64,000 nucleotides of DNA from an uncultured Gemmatimonadales bacterium (lineage in GTDB: Bacteria; Gemmatimonadota; Gemmatimonadetes; Gemmatimonadales; GWC2-71-9): positions 128,001 to 192,000 of the forward strand of contig CAVUAK010000001.1 in the NCBI GenBank assembly GCA_963739455.1, written 5' to 3'. The translations under genes and the position numbers were made by a program. This document shows positions 1 to 10,864 of the stretch, piece after piece (position 1 is the first letter of the stretch; every line of letters begins with the position of its first letter). The notes under the pieces are model-generated. The model saw only the letters and a program-made list of their open reading frames with translations, was not told the origin of the DNA and did no database searches.

Positions 1-1
1 G

Positions 2-1582
2 CCGTGCCGCCAGGGCGAAGCTGATGTTCATCACCTGATTTCGCGTGCCATGGGCGGAGACGACGACGCCGCAAACCTTGTAACGCTTTGCGATGGCTGT
101 CACGCCGCACACCATCCAAATCTTCAGGGCACACTCGCCCGTCGAATGATTGAGCGCTGGGGATTGCGACTGGCCATGTGGCTGGATCGTCAACACCACC
201 TGGGCAATGTCGATGAGTCGCTCGGTGTCGCGCTTCGCCTGCTCGGGGTCAAGCGCTTTCGCACACCGCAGTTGGAGGTCGTCCTCGCCGCGCTTCGCCG
301 AGAGTCACTCCTCTTCGTCAGCGCTACCGGATCGGGCAAGTCGCTCTGCTTTCAGGTGCCGGTCCTGCTGAGTCGGGGGTGCGGGTTTGTGATTTCGCCC
401 CTGAAGGCGCTGATGAACCAGCAGGTTGCCGCGCTGAACGCGAAGAAGATCCCAGGCAGTTTCATAAACGGGGATTTGGGACCACGCGAGAAGCAGATCC
501 GCTATCAGTTGCTGCGAGACGGTGCGATCAAGTTCCTGTACTGTACCCCCGAGCGCTTTGACCCTGAAATGGTGCGTCCATCCGAGGTTCAGGAGATCCT
601 CCGGACACGACCCAGCTACCTGATAGTCGATGAAGCACACTGCATCGACCGCTGGGGCAACGATTTCAGGCCGAACTATGGCAGGTTGGGTGCGGTACGT
701 AGCGCCCTTGGCAACCCGCCGGTCCTCGCGTTCACCGCCACTGCCGGCGTAGCGAGTCAACGGCGCATCCTGGACTCGCTTGGAATACCGGACGCTCGGG
801 TAGTGGTAACTGGTGTCAACCGGCCGAACATTGCGCTAGCGCGACTTGATGACGTGAAGGACGACCTGCGCTACTCTGTCATCAAGAGCCTTCTGGGTCT
901 CATTCCTGACGATCGGGCAATGCTGTTCGTGCCTACCGTCAAAATCGGCAAGCAGCTTCAAGACGGCCTGAGGAAACTTGGCTTGGACCTGCCCTTCTAC
1001 TACTCAGGACTTGCCACGGCCAATGACCGCGAGCTGCTCCTCGCCCGTGTTACCGGTCGCGCTGAGCCACGGGCGCCAGCCGTGATCTGCACGAGCGCCT
1101 TCGGGATGGGACTCGATGTCCCCAATGTTCGACTTGTCGTTCATTGGCAGCATCCAGCGTCAGTAGAGGACTACCTGCAGGAGTTCGGTCGCGCGGGACG
1201 CGATGGCCTTCCCTCCATGGCGGTGCTGTTCACTGGCAAGAATGATGTGGACTTGCTTCGCTTCATGGCCGCGAAGACAATTGCGCAGGCCAACCTCGAC
1301 CCTTCAGCTGAGCAGGCGACGGCCAATGCCAGGGATTGCGCCATTGAGGACATGCACCGACTGGCCACTTCGCGCGGTGACTGTTTTCGCGGTGCGCTCA
1401 TTCAGTACTTTGAGGGGCCCGCGTCGCCGAACCGAAGGCCGCTTGCCGTCAGAATCGTTGACTGGCTCTTCTCGCGCACCGGCAAGACTGGGAAAACAGA
1501 GAAGTGCTGTGATACGTGTGACGGCGTCGGCGTTTACAACATTGTCGAGTGGGCCGCTGGTGCCCTGGGGCACACTCCATAG
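2..1582 (+). CDS. HNH endonuclease-RecQ family helicase fusion (5' truncated by window edge)
   Basis: Frame is open from base 2: DVHHLISRAMGGDDDAANLVTLCDGCH is an HNH motif. It is followed by RecQ motifs ATGSGKSLCFQ, VISPLKALM, YCTPER, VDEAHCI..WGNDFRP, AFTATA, AFGMGLD, YLQEFGRAGRDG and a C-terminal C...CCDTC Zn site. Confidence 0.9.
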   Translation, partial: PCRQGEADVHHLISRAMGGDDDAANLVTLCDGCHAAHHPNLQGTLARRMIERWGLRLAMWLDRQHHLGNVDESLGVALRLLGVKRFRTPQLEVVLAALRRESLLFVSATGSGKSLCFQVPVLLSRGCGFVISPLKALMNQQVAALNAKKIPGSFINGDLGPREKQIRYQLLRDGAIKFLYCTPERFDPEMVRPSEVQEILRTRPSYLIVDEAHCIDRWGNDFRPNYGRLGAVRSALGNPPVLAFTATAGVASQRRILDSLGIPDARVVVTGVNRPNIALARLDDVKDDLRYSVIKSLLGLIPDDRAMLFVPTVKIGKQLQDGLRKLGLDLPFYYSGLATANDRELLLARVTGRAEPRAPAVICTSAFGMGLDVPNVRLVVHWQHPASVEDYLQEFGRAGRDGLPSMAVLFTGKNDVDLLRFMAAKTIAQANLDPSAEQATANARDCAIEDMHRLATSRGDCFRGALIQYFEGPASPNRRPLAVRIVDWLFSRTGKTGKTEKCCDTCDGVGVYNIVEWAAGALGHTP

Positions 1583-1597
1583 CCCGCGCCAGCATCA

Positions 1598-1804
1598 TCA
1601 CTTCGCCACCATCACCTCGGTCGACTTCACGATCGCCGAGACTGTGTCACCCTCCTTCAGCCCCAACCCCTCCGCACTCGACCGCGTAATGATCGAGACG
1701 AGTTGCTGCCCCGCGCCGAGATCGATGACAACCTCCGCCATGAGCCCATCCACGCGAAGAGAGACGATCCGGCCCTTCAGCTGATTGCGAGCGCTGATCT
1801 GCAT
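1598..1804 (-). CDS. Molybdopterin-binding TOBE domain protein (Mop/molbindin)
   Basis: MQISARNQLKGRI...SIITRSSAEGLGLKEGDTVSAIVKSTEVMV is the Mop signature; lies downstream of a molybdoenzyme gene. Confidence 0.9.
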   Translation of the reverse strand: MQISARNQLKGRIVSLRVDGLMAEVVIDLGAGQQLVSIITRSSAEGLGLKEGDTVSAIVKSTEVMVAK

Positions 1805-1882
1805 TTGATTGATCTCCAGTCGAGTTGTGACGCCGAACGCCCGGTTGGCTCCGCGACGGCGCGCTGACGGGAATGAAGTGGC

Positions 1883-1992
1883 CGGGAGGGCGGGGCGCCC
1901 CTCGGAGGGGCTCGTGGAACGCACCCGTGAATGCAAGCGACGGGGAACTCCTGCGTGCGTTCCCCTTGCCCCGAGAGGGGCGCCCCTCCCGA
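1883..1992. repeat. ~110-nt structured intergenic repeat, copy 1
   Basis: Nested inverted repeats (gggcggggcgcccct/aggggcgcccctccc; ggaacgcac/gtgcgttcc). A close second copy is at 32335-32443. Confidence 0.85.
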
Positions 1993-2001
1993 CCTGGCCA
2001 G

Positions 2002-2676
2002 CTATCGAAACGTCCCTCCTCCCGCCCGATCATCCACGACGAACCGGTCATGCGCCGGCATCTTCACCTTCGGCAACGTCTCCGCATTCATGATCGCCGA
2101 GTCTGCGATTACCCCGTTCGCCGCCAGCAGGTAAGCCGTCACCGCATAGATCTCCTCCGGCTGCAGCGATCCAGGCGCCGTCAACGGCATCGCCCGGTTG
2201 ATGTAGTCGTACAGCGTCGTCGCATACGGCCAGTAGTTACCGATCGTGTGCGTAATCTTGAAGTCGGTGTCGAAGCTGAAGTCCGCCGGCTCGCGGTCCA
2301 CCAGTTTCGGGTAGGCCGGCGGCGCTCCCTGCCCCGCATCGCCATGACAGGCCGCGCACTTCGCCGCGAACACCACTTTCCCGTCAGCCACCGTTCCCTG
2401 CCCTGGCGGCAGGTTCCTCCCCGTCGGGTTCACGCTCTTGTCCCACGCCGATAGCTCTTCCGCCGTTGGCGCCCGCCCCAGACCCAACGACCCGGCCGGC
2501 ACAGCTGACAACTCACTGACGACTGCCGACTGACGACTGCCGACTCCCATCGCCGACTGCCGACTGCCGACTCCCATCGCCGACTGCCGACTGCCGACTC
2601 CCATCGCCGACTGCCGACTGCCGCCTCCCTCGCACCCCATGAGCAGTGCCACTAGCACCCACGTCACCCGCCTCAT
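2002..2676 (-). CDS. soxD: c-type cytochrome, SoxD-like lipoprotein
   Basis: GLGRAPTAEELSAWD, CAACHG, TIGNYWPYATTLYDYINRAMP; lipobox-like LMGC; overlaps the soxC stop. Confidence 0.75.
   Translation of the reverse strand: MRRVTWVLVALLMGCEGGGSRQSAMGVGSRQSAMGVGSRQSAMGVGSRQSAVVSELSAVPAGSLGLGRAPTAEELSAWDKSVNPTGRNLPPGQGTVADGKVVFAAKCAACHGDAGQGAPPAYPKLVDREPADFSFDTDFKITHTIGNYWPYATTLYDYINRAMPLTAPGSLQPEEIYAVTAYLLAANGVIADSAIMNAETLPKVKMPAHDRFVVDDRAGGGTFR
2511..2622. repeat. Intragenic tandem repeat (27-nt unit built from GACTGCC heptamers)
   Basis: About three copies of gccgactgccgactgccgactcccatc, encoding GSRQSAMGV repeats on the minus strand. Confidence 0.9.
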
Positions 2677-3971
2677 ATCTCCGCCTCGTACTTCACCGCG
2701 CCATCACTCCCGACGCTCCAGCCGCGGATGTAGCTGAAGTGGTAGTCCGTGCCCACACCCCGCACCCGCTTGAATTCCGCCCAGGTCGGCTGCACGCCAC
2801 CCGTCTCGTCCGTCGCTCGGCTCATCAGCACCGCAGGATTCCCGTCCCACTTCCACATCTGCTCGAATCGCACCGGCGCCAGCGGCAGGTTGTTCCCCTC
2901 GATGCGAGCCGGCTGCCAGCTCTTCCCGCCATCGGTGCTCACTTCCACCTTCGCGACGCGCCCGCGACCCGTCCACGCCAGTCCACGGATCGGCCACCAT
3001 CCCTTTTCCGTCAGTTGCTGCGGAAATGCCGGTGACGTGATCACCGACTTCACGTCCATCAGGAAGCTGAACTGCCGCGCCTTCCCTCCCGGAAGCGGAT
3101 CGGTGTACTTCGACGTCTCGTCCTTCGACATGTTCGGCTGGTCGCTCAGCTCGATGCGCCGCACCCACTTGATGCTCGTGTTCCCCTCGAACCCCGGCAG
3201 CAGCAGTCGCACCGGATACCCGTTCGACGGGCGCAGTGCCTCGCCATTCTGTCCCCACACCAGCAGCGCGTCGTCCAGCCCCTTCCCCACCGGGATGCTG
3301 CGTGACAGCCGCGCCGCGTCGCCTCCCTCCGCGACAAACCAGGTCGCACCCGGCTTGACGCCCGCCTCTCGCAGCAGCGTCGACAGCGGTACGCCCGTCC
3401 ACTCCGCGGTGCTGAGTAGCCCGTCCACCACCTGCGGCGTCATCTCCGGCTTCGGCGCGCGATACGCAGACCGCCCGTTCCCTGAGCACTCGATGAAGTA
3501 GGTGCGCGTCACCGACGGATAGCGCAGCAACTGCTCCAGGTCGATGATCAGCGGACGCTCCACCATGCCGTGGATCATCAGCTTCCATTGCTGCGGGTCC
3601 ACCAGTGCCACGCCATTGTGGATCCGCTCGAAGAACAGGTCCGACGGGGTGATCGTCCCCGACATGTTCTGCAGCGGCGCGAACGATGCCCCACTCAGCA
3701 CGCCCGCTGGTGCCCGCATCGGGTCCACGAACGGTGACCGGATCCCCCGCGCACTGGTGACGAGTCCCGGCACCGCGGTCGGGTCTGGAGGCACCACGAT
3801 CGTGGTCGTATCCGCGGCCGCTGCAGCCGGCGCGGCCGCCGGACCCTGCGCCAGGAGTCGGTGGCTGCCAAGCGCCGCCGCGCCAGCGATGCCCGCTGCA
3901 CTTGCCAGCAGCGCGCGCCTTGAGATGTCGCCTTCGCTTGGGGGGGCCTCTTCGGTGGTACGACGCTTCAT
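2673..3971 (-). CDS. soxC: Sulfite/sulfane dehydrogenase molybdopterin subunit SoxC
   Basis: Tat signal SRRALL, GTITPSDLFFERIHNG, FIECSGNG, NGYPVRLLLPGFEGNTSIKW, KDETSKYTD. Confidence 0.88.
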   Translation of the reverse strand: MKRRTTEEAPPSEGDISRRALLASAAGIAGAAALGSHRLLAQGPAAAPAAAAADTTTIVVPPDPTAVPGLVTSARGIRSPFVDPMRAPAGVLSGASFAPLQNMSGTITPSDLFFERIHNGVALVDPQQWKLMIHGMVERPLIIDLEQLLRYPSVTRTYFIECSGNGRSAYRAPKPEMTPQVVDGLLSTAEWTGVPLSTLLREAGVKPGATWFVAEGGDAARLSRSIPVGKGLDDALLVWGQNGEALRPSNGYPVRLLLPGFEGNTSIKWVRRIELSDQPNMSKDETSKYTDPLPGGKARQFSFLMDVKSVITSPAFPQQLTEKGWWPIRGLAWTGRGRVAKVEVSTDGGKSWQPARIEGNNLPLAPVRFEQMWKWDGNPAVLMSRATDETGGVQPTWAEFKRVRGVGTDYHFSYIRGWSVGSDGAVKYEAEI

Positions 3972-3981
3972 GACCTGCTCC

Positions 3982-5049
3982 TCAGTTGCTGCTGCGACTC
4001 ACCGGTGCCGGCGCCGGCACCAGCGAAAGCTGCGGGTTCTTGCGCGACACCAGCGACGCCGGCGGGTTGAAGGCTGACGTGCCCCTTGGTCGCGTACGGG
4101 CACGTCCGCCGGCGCACCACCCAGCGGCCAGTCCCCTTCCTTCCCCGGCGAATCGGGACGCGGGTGACTGTTGATGTACGCCGCCACGTCGAACGCCTCC
4201 TGCCACGACAGCGTCCCGCCCTGCCCCAGCGGCATGTTGTGCTGGATGAAGCTCGCCGCGCGCTCCACCCGTGCCATCGACGCCCCGATGCTGAAGCTCT
4301 TCGCTCCCCAGAGCGCCGGAATGCCCGGCATGCCCTGTCCCTCGGCGCCATGACAGGCGCTGCATGTGCCCTTGAACAGCGCTTCGCCCCGAGCCATGTC
4401 ACCCGCGAGCGTGTCCGGCGGGTCCAGCAACCCCTTCGTCCCGGCGATATGCGCCCCGACCGGCACGCCCGTCGACACATACGAGATGTACGCCAGGATG
4501 TCCTGCATCTCCCGGCTCTCCACCGGCAGCCGGTTCCCCGCCAGCGATCGCGTGAAGCAGTAGTTCACCCGGTCCGCCAGCGGAATCACTGCGCCCGCGC
4601 GATTCATGTACTTCGGGATACCGCGCGAACGCACCGGTGAGCGGTGCTGCCTCGACCCGCGTCCCGTCCTCGAGATGGCAGCTCGTGCAGTTGAGGCTGC
4701 TGGGAGCAAACCCCGGAAGGCTGTCACGCGTGTGCCGCAGCAGGTTGAGCCCGCGACTGATCGAGTTGCCCAGGCTGTCATTGGGAATACTGTCGCGCGA
4801 AGGCGGCGCCCAGCCCGCCAGCCCGTAGTCGGCGCGCGGCGCAGCAGGCGTGCTATCGACGGCGACACTGGCGACCGGCTTTGCGGCCGGGGTCTCCGAG
4901 CATGCGCTGGCAAGCACGCAGACCGCGAACACGTAGGAGACGCGCCCGAAGCCCGGTTGGTCCCGCGACGGCGCGAACGCGAGGGGCTGGGTGGGGCTGG
5001 GTGGAAGGGCGTCGAGAGCGCCGGAGGGGGACCAGCCGGGCGAGGGCAC
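3982..5049 (-). CDS. Diheme c-type cytochrome, TsdA (thiosulfate dehydrogenase)-like; frameshifted near 4620 and 4090
   Basis: Joined frames give SLNCTSCH, KYMNRAGAVIPLADRVNYCFTRSLAG, CSACHG, ALWGAKSFSIGASMAR, FIQHNMP. Start position uncertain. Confidence 0.75.
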
Positions 5050-5052
5050 GCG

Positions 5053-5959
5053 CTACCGGGGCACCGCAATGAGCCCCAGCGCCACCCGCCGCCACCCCGT
5101 CCACACCTCGGCGCCAGCCGGTGATCGGATCATCATCTGGCTCGAAATTCCCCCGTCCAGCAGCACCGCATTCGACGCCCCCAGGGCGCCCATCACCGCC
5201 GCCATCTCCGGCGTCGTCAGCCCCAGCGGAATGTTCGCCAGCACCCCACCGAGCGCCTCGAACCGCGTCATCGCAATGATCACTTTTCCGTCGCGCTGCA
5301 ACCCCAGCGCCAGCCGCGCATCCCGGTGCGATCGATCGACACCGAGTCCGTCCGCCTGCAGCGGCACCGGCACCTCCCCGTCACCCGACAACAACGTCGG
5401 ATACGACTGGAACGCCATTCGCGCCTCACCCCGCACCACCGACAGCGAATCCGGCGATACCAGCCGCACAGCTCCATTCGCATCCACCACGACGCCCGGC
5501 GCCAGCGGCCCCTTCCCGGGCACCTGCCGCTCTACTCCATCCTGCACCACCCAGCCCCATGGCTGGTCGGTGAACTGCCCCGCGTTCACCGCGAACACCG
5601 CATCGTCTGGAGCGTCGCCCACGCTCCAGCGCCCCGCAAACACCTTTCCATCCGCCGGCTTCACCAGCTCGAACCTGCAGCAGCGACGGATCCAGTCGCG
5701 CCACGATCACCCGTACCCGGAACGCCTCCCCGTCACCCGACAGCGAAAGCTCCCCCCGCTCCACGCCCGGTGACGCCTGCGTCCACACTACCCGGTCCGC
5801 CACAGCCGGCAGCGCCGCCGACCACTGCACCGGCGCCGCATCCCCTCGCCACCATGTCTCCCACCCCGTTGCCACGCGTACCGCCAGCGCCGGCTCCCGC
5901 ATCGCGGGAACCGGTACACCAGCCAGTGCAATCGCAACGACGGAAGCGGCGAACCTCAC
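5053..5959 (-). CDS. Phosphodiester glycosidase (NAGPA/DUF2233) family secreted protein; frameshift near 5670
   Basis: AVNAGQF, ARLALG, GLTTPEMAAVMGALGASNAVLLDGGISSQM; signal peptide is in the upstream frame. Confidence 0.75.
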
Positions 5960-6865
5960 ATCGGCGTCCCGGCCTTCCGCATCTCAGCCATCTTCTCTCG
6001 CGTGATTCCCAGCTCTGCGTTGATCGCGTCGGCCTCTTCCTGCGGAATCTTCCCCGCCTTCACCTGCGTGTTGCTCGATGCGTAACCCTCCGCCTTCTCG
6101 CGGATCACCTGCCAGGTGGCCAGCGGCATGCCCGCCGCCTGGGCTCCCGCCGTCTGGATTACCTCAGCCGCCGTGTTGGCCGCCGACTTCGGCGCGGTCG
6201 GGCTCACCGGCTTTACACCGCAGGTCTTCTCCACCTTCGCGACAACCGCCTGGTCCACCGATGACGCCTCGCCCGCGGCGCTCGCGGCACTCATCCCTCG
6301 CGCTGACACCCCCGCCATCGTCTTCTGGAAGTCGGCCAGCGTCTGCTGGTCTGCCGCAGTGCCCTTCCCCGCCTGGATTCGCTCTGCCGCCGCCTCCGCC
6401 GCGTGCGCCTGCTTCTCGAGTGCCGCCTGCTCCGATTCACCTACTTCGCGCCCTGTCCCGCCTTCTCGGCCTTGTCCTGGGCCGCGGTGCGCGACGGCTC
6501 TGCCTCCTTGATCACCTTCTCCTTGCACGCCTCGTACTTCTGCTGGCCTTGTCGTAGGCCTCGCTTTCCTTGCTGTACTTCTCCTGCGCCTTCTCGGCGT
6601 CCTTCTGCTGCGCTTCAGCCTGCTTCACCGCGCCCGGCGTCGCCGCGATCTCCGCCGCAAGCCCGGTGTTCACCTGCTTCAGCTGTGCCGACGTGACGTC
6701 GATATTGTCCACGTACCGGGGTGGCGTCGTGTTCACCCCGGCGGCGTTCGCGGCCGCATTGGTGGCCGACTTCTTCAGCTTGCTGAACTGCGCCTGGGAA
6801 ATGGTCGGGATGATGGCGCTGGCAACAACGCCGAGCGCCGCGAGGGCGAGGTAGCGACGGGACAT
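5956..6865 (-). CDS. Hypothetical secreted helical protein; frameshift near 6555
   Basis: Signal peptide (MSRRYLALAALGVVASAIIPTISQA/Q) then Ala/Lys/Gln-rich helical sequence over two frames; stop overlaps the next start. Confidence 0.6.
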
Positions 6866-6958
6866 GGCTGCGACTCCGTGAGGGATTGGCTTGGTCCGCT
6901 ATCATAGCCGAAAAAGGAGGCGCGCACAAAGGACACCCGCTGGCCCGGCCCGACGAAT

Positions 6959-6995
6959 GGTCATTGCGAGGCCGCGAAGCGGCCGCGGCAATCCC
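6959..6995. repeat. REP-like palindrome GTCATTGCGAGG...GGCAATCCC, copy 1
   Basis: ggtcattgcgaggccgcgaagcggccgcggcaatccc hairpin; second copy at 43214-43252. Confidence 0.75.
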
Positions 6996-7070
6996 GATGC
7001 CTTCGAGCGGGACTGCCGCCCCGGCTGCACCCCCCGTATCATCCACCGTCCCGCCACCCCGAGCCGACGA

Positions 7071-9750
7071 CTGACCGACCCCGCGCCAACATTTGCGTCC
7101 GCCCTCGCTGACCGCTATCGCATCGAACGCGAGCTCGGCCAGGGCGGCATGGCCACCGTCTATCTCGCCGAGGACCTGCGGCACCGGCGCCGAGTCGCCA
7201 TCAAGGTCGTTCATCCCGAGTTGTCGCGCCGTCATCGGCTCCGACCGCTTCCTCAAGGAGATCGAGCTCACGGCCAATCTCCAGCACCCGCACATCCTGC
7301 CCCTCTTCGACAGCGGCAGCGCCAACGGCCAGCTCTTCTACGTCATGCCCTTCGTCGAGGGCGAGTCTCTCCGCGATCGCATCAAGCGCGAGAAGCAGCT
7401 CCCCATCGAGGATTCCCTCAGCATCTCGAAGGAAGTCGCCAGCGCCCTCGACTACGCCCATCGACACGGCGTTATCCACCGCGACATCAAGCCCGAGAAT
7501 ATCCTCCTTCACGACGGTCGCGCCGTTGTCGCCGACTTCGGCATCGCCCTCGCCATGCAGCAGGCCAACGGCGGCCGCATGACCCAGACCGGCATGTCGC
7601 TCGGCACGCCGAGCTACATGTCGCCCGAACAGGCGATGGGTGACAGGGAGATTGGCCCAAGGAGCGATGTCTACGCCCTCGGCGCCGTCACGTATGAGAT
7701 GCTGACGGGCGAGGCGCCCTTCACCGGGCCCACCGCGCAATCGATCGTGGCGAAGGTGATGACCGAGGAACCGGCGTCGATCATCCTGCGCCGGAAGACG
7801 GTGCCATCCACCGTAGAGCAGGCCGTGCTCACTGCGCTGCAGAAGCTGCCCGGCCGATCGCTGGGGCAGCGCCAAGGAGTTCAGCGATGCGTTGGATGGG
7901 AAAGGGGTCCAGGCCACCCGCCTTACCCGCCCTACCCGCCTTACCCGCCCTGACGTCCTCCCCGCCTTCCCCGCCTTCCCCGCCCTCGCGGCCCTGCTGG
8001 CCGCGGCTTGGCGCTGGCATGCTGGGGCTGGCTCCGCAAGCCTGCCGCGCCGCACCGCAACCGCTCGCCCGCTACGAAGTGAAACTCCCCTACTTCGCCA
8101 GCACTCGCCTCTCATACACGGGCGGATCGCTCGCGATCTCCCCCGACGGCGTCGACCATCGCCTACATCGGGCGGAAGGAGCAGGGCGTGCGCTCCCTCT
8201 GGGTGCGCGATCGTGCCTCGCTCGAGGCGAAGGAACTCGCCGGCACTGAGCTCGCCGACGCTCCCTTCTTCTCTCCCGATGGCGAGTGGATCGCCTACTT
8301 CCTGAATGGGACGCTGTGGAAGGTGCGCGTGAGCGGCGGCGCGCCTACGCTCGTCACCGACTCCGCCAACGTCAACCTTCCCTCAGGTGCCTGGGCCGCA
8401 GACGGGACCATTTTCTTCACCGGGGCGGGATTTGACTTGCGAACGGTCGGCGGTCCGGGCAACGGGAAGGCCCTGCAGCTTGCCATGCCACCTGCGGCGA
8501 TCGCCTGGGGCTTTCCGAACGTGCTGCCTCGCACCGATGCCATCCTCGCCACGGCGTGCAGCAACAACTGCGCGACCATGACCGTCTTCGCGCTCGACCT
8601 GAAGGCGAAGGTGCAGCACGACCTGGTGAAGGGCGCCGCAAGGGGATGGTATGTGCCCGGATACCTTATCTACGCCCGCCAGGACGGCAACGTCTACGCC
8701 CAGCCGTTCGACCCGAAGTCGCTTTCGCTCAGTGGAGCACCGGTGCCCCTGGTGTCCAACGTGCGGACCCTGCTCGGCGTTACCCCTGAGCTCGCGTTCA
8801 GCCGCAATGGCACCATGGTGCACCTCGATGCCGGCGTGGTGCAGGATCTCCAGGTCGTGCGCGTCGACCGTGCCGGGGCGCACCACATGGTCGATCCCGA
8901 CTGGCAGGGCAACTTCAACTCGCTGGCCCTCTCGCCCGACGGCCGGCAGCTTGCCCTCAGTGTCGTCCAGACCATCCACACCGATCTCTGGATCAAGCAG
9001 CTCGACAAGGGGCCGCTCACCCGGCTCACCTTCGAGGGGAACATCAACTATCGACCCGCCTGGACGCCCGATGGACGGTCGATCGCCTTCATCTCCGACC
9101 GCACCGGTCGTTCCTTGCCGTATGTCGTGCGCGCCGACGGCAGCGGAGCGGCGACGCCCGTGGCAATCCCCGACACCAACCAGATGGACGAGATCACGTA
9201 CTCGGACGACGGCAAGTGGATCGTCTATCGCATTGGTGTCGTTGCAGGGTTGCGCCGGCTCCGCAAGTACCGCATCGGCGATTCCGTCACCACCGCCATT
9301 GATCCGGGGAAGTTTGACCAGTACATGCCTGCCATCTCGCCCAATGGAAGGTGGCTCGCGTACTCCACCGTCGAGTCGGGACGCGAGGAGGTCTACGTGC
9401 GCCCCTTCCCCAACACCAGCGACGCCCGCTGGCAGGTCTCCAACGCGGGTGGCTCCGCACCCGTCTGGGCCAGCGGCGGACGGGAATTGATCTTTGCCGA
9501 CAGTGCTAATCGCATCGTCTCGGTCGCCCTTGTCGCCGGCGATTCGATCAACTCGGCCGAACCCGTTCCCCTCTTCAGCCTCGAGAGCCTGGTGATGCCG
9601 CCCTTCCACCAGGGATTCTCGGTGACACCCGACGGAAAGAGCTTCATCTTCTTTGAGGACCGGGCGCGGGGAGATAAGACCGGTCGGTACGCCCAGGTCA
9701 CCCTCAACTGGCTCGATGGACTCGGGAAGGCTCCTGCCGGGGGCAAATAG
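7071..9750 (+). CDS. Receptor Ser/Thr kinase with TolB/PD40-like beta-propeller (kinase 1); several frameshifts
   Basis: ADRYRIERELGQGGMATVY, VAIK, HRDIKPEN, DFG, YMSPEQ, hydrophobic segment, then SPDG repeats and EVYVRPFP..RWQVS. Start codon uncertain. Confidence 0.85.
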
Positions 9751-9834
9751 CCCTGCGGACGCATTGGTGACGACTTGGGGACGTCAGTGACGTAACCTGA
9801 TCGCTCCCCTCTCTGTCCCCAAGGAGCGCTCCAC

Positions 9835-10731
9835 ATGACCCCAGCAAGGCTGGTACTCGTAGCGCTGGCCGCCGCCGCGATCGCCTGCAGTTCCGACAAT
9901 GACACAGTCGATGTTTCAGTGAGCCCCGGGCCTGATAACTCCGGCCGTGGAACCGTTTCGGCATCCGATGTCATGCTGTGCCAGCTCGATGGAACCGCGA
10001 CGACGGGAGTCTGCAACACGACGCTCGATCAGGGCGGCGAATCCCTCGAGCTCGTCGCCGTACCCGGCGACGGCTCCTCGTTCATGGGATGGCTGGGGGA
10101 CTGCACTGGCACTGGAACCTGCGTTCTCAGCCTCTTGCGCAATCGCGCCGTGCAGGCCGTCTTCGCCATCAATGAGCTGGTCACGATCAGCAACGACGCC
10201 GGCTCCACTGGAATCCTGCAAGTCACAAGTAACCCGGCCGGTATCGACTGCAGCCTGTCGACTGTCTTCACCAGCGGCAGCGGCTCGTGCCAGGCCGGAT
10301 TCCCTGAAGGCACTTCAGTAACGCTCACGGCCACCCCCGATGAGTACTCGAGCTTCGACCACTGGTCAGGAGGCTGCACTGGGGCCACATGCACGCTGAC
10401 AATCGCTGGCCCGGTCAACGTTATCACGAACAGTCACGGGAGCTTTCCGCTGACGGTTCGGGCCGGCAACGACAACGCGGGCTCGGGGACCATTACCAGT
10501 TCCCCGGCTGGCATCAATTGTACTGTTGCAACCGCAGGCACTTCCGGCACATGCGCCGCCACGTTCACCGGCGGGACCGTCGTAACCCTGTCCGCGGAAC
10601 CGGCCCCGGGGTTTGTGTTCACTTACTGGCACGGACCGGATCCTGACCTTCGTTGCGGTAGCGACCCGGTATGCCCCGTCGGCATGTATGGCCCGCAGGG
10701 CATGCCCGCCAACTTCTACCCCGACTTTTGA
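9835..10731 (+). CDS. Lipoprotein with three divergent InlB B-repeat-like domains
   Basis: Lipobox AIAC; repeats of GTITSSPAGINC...C.A.F..GT.VTL.A.P....F..W.G.C. Confidence 0.75.
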   Translation: MTPARLVLVALAAAAIACSSDNDTVDVSVSPGPDNSGRGTVSASDVMLCQLDGTATTGVCNTTLDQGGESLELVAVPGDGSSFMGWLGDCTGTGTCVLSLLRNRAVQAVFAINELVTISNDAGSTGILQVTSNPAGIDCSLSTVFTSGSGSCQAGFPEGTSVTLTATPDEYSSFDHWSGGCTGATCTLTIAGPVNVITNSHGSFPLTVRAGNDNAGSGTITSSPAGINCTVATAGTSGTCAATFTGGTVVTLSAEPAPGFVFTYWHGPDPDLRCGSDPVCPVGMYGPQGMPANFYPDF

Positions 10732-10787
10732 ATGTGAACAAGGTCGCCTGGCACTGGGGCGACCAATCAAGGTCTTGCATTGTTTTG

Positions 10788-10817
10788 GAATGCCCGGCAG
10801 GATACTGCCGGGCATTC
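10788..10817. promoter_or_regulatory. Perfect 13-bp inverted repeat (operator or hairpin)
   Basis: GAATGCCCGGCAG-gata-CTGCCGGGCATTC, about 50 nt upstream of the SDR remnant. Confidence 0.5.
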
Positions 10818-10864
10818 ACTGTTACAGGCTTCAGGCTGCGGCCTGGACACACGAGGCAAGCACG

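Noticed and set aside
1883..1992. Moco riboswitch upstream of mop
   Set aside because: The context is suggestive, but I cannot match the Moco consensus, and a second copy precedes an unrelated hydrolase.
2511..2622. Possible CRISPR array
   Set aside because: Repeats are contiguous with no unique spacers, they are in-frame in a gene, and no cas genes are present.
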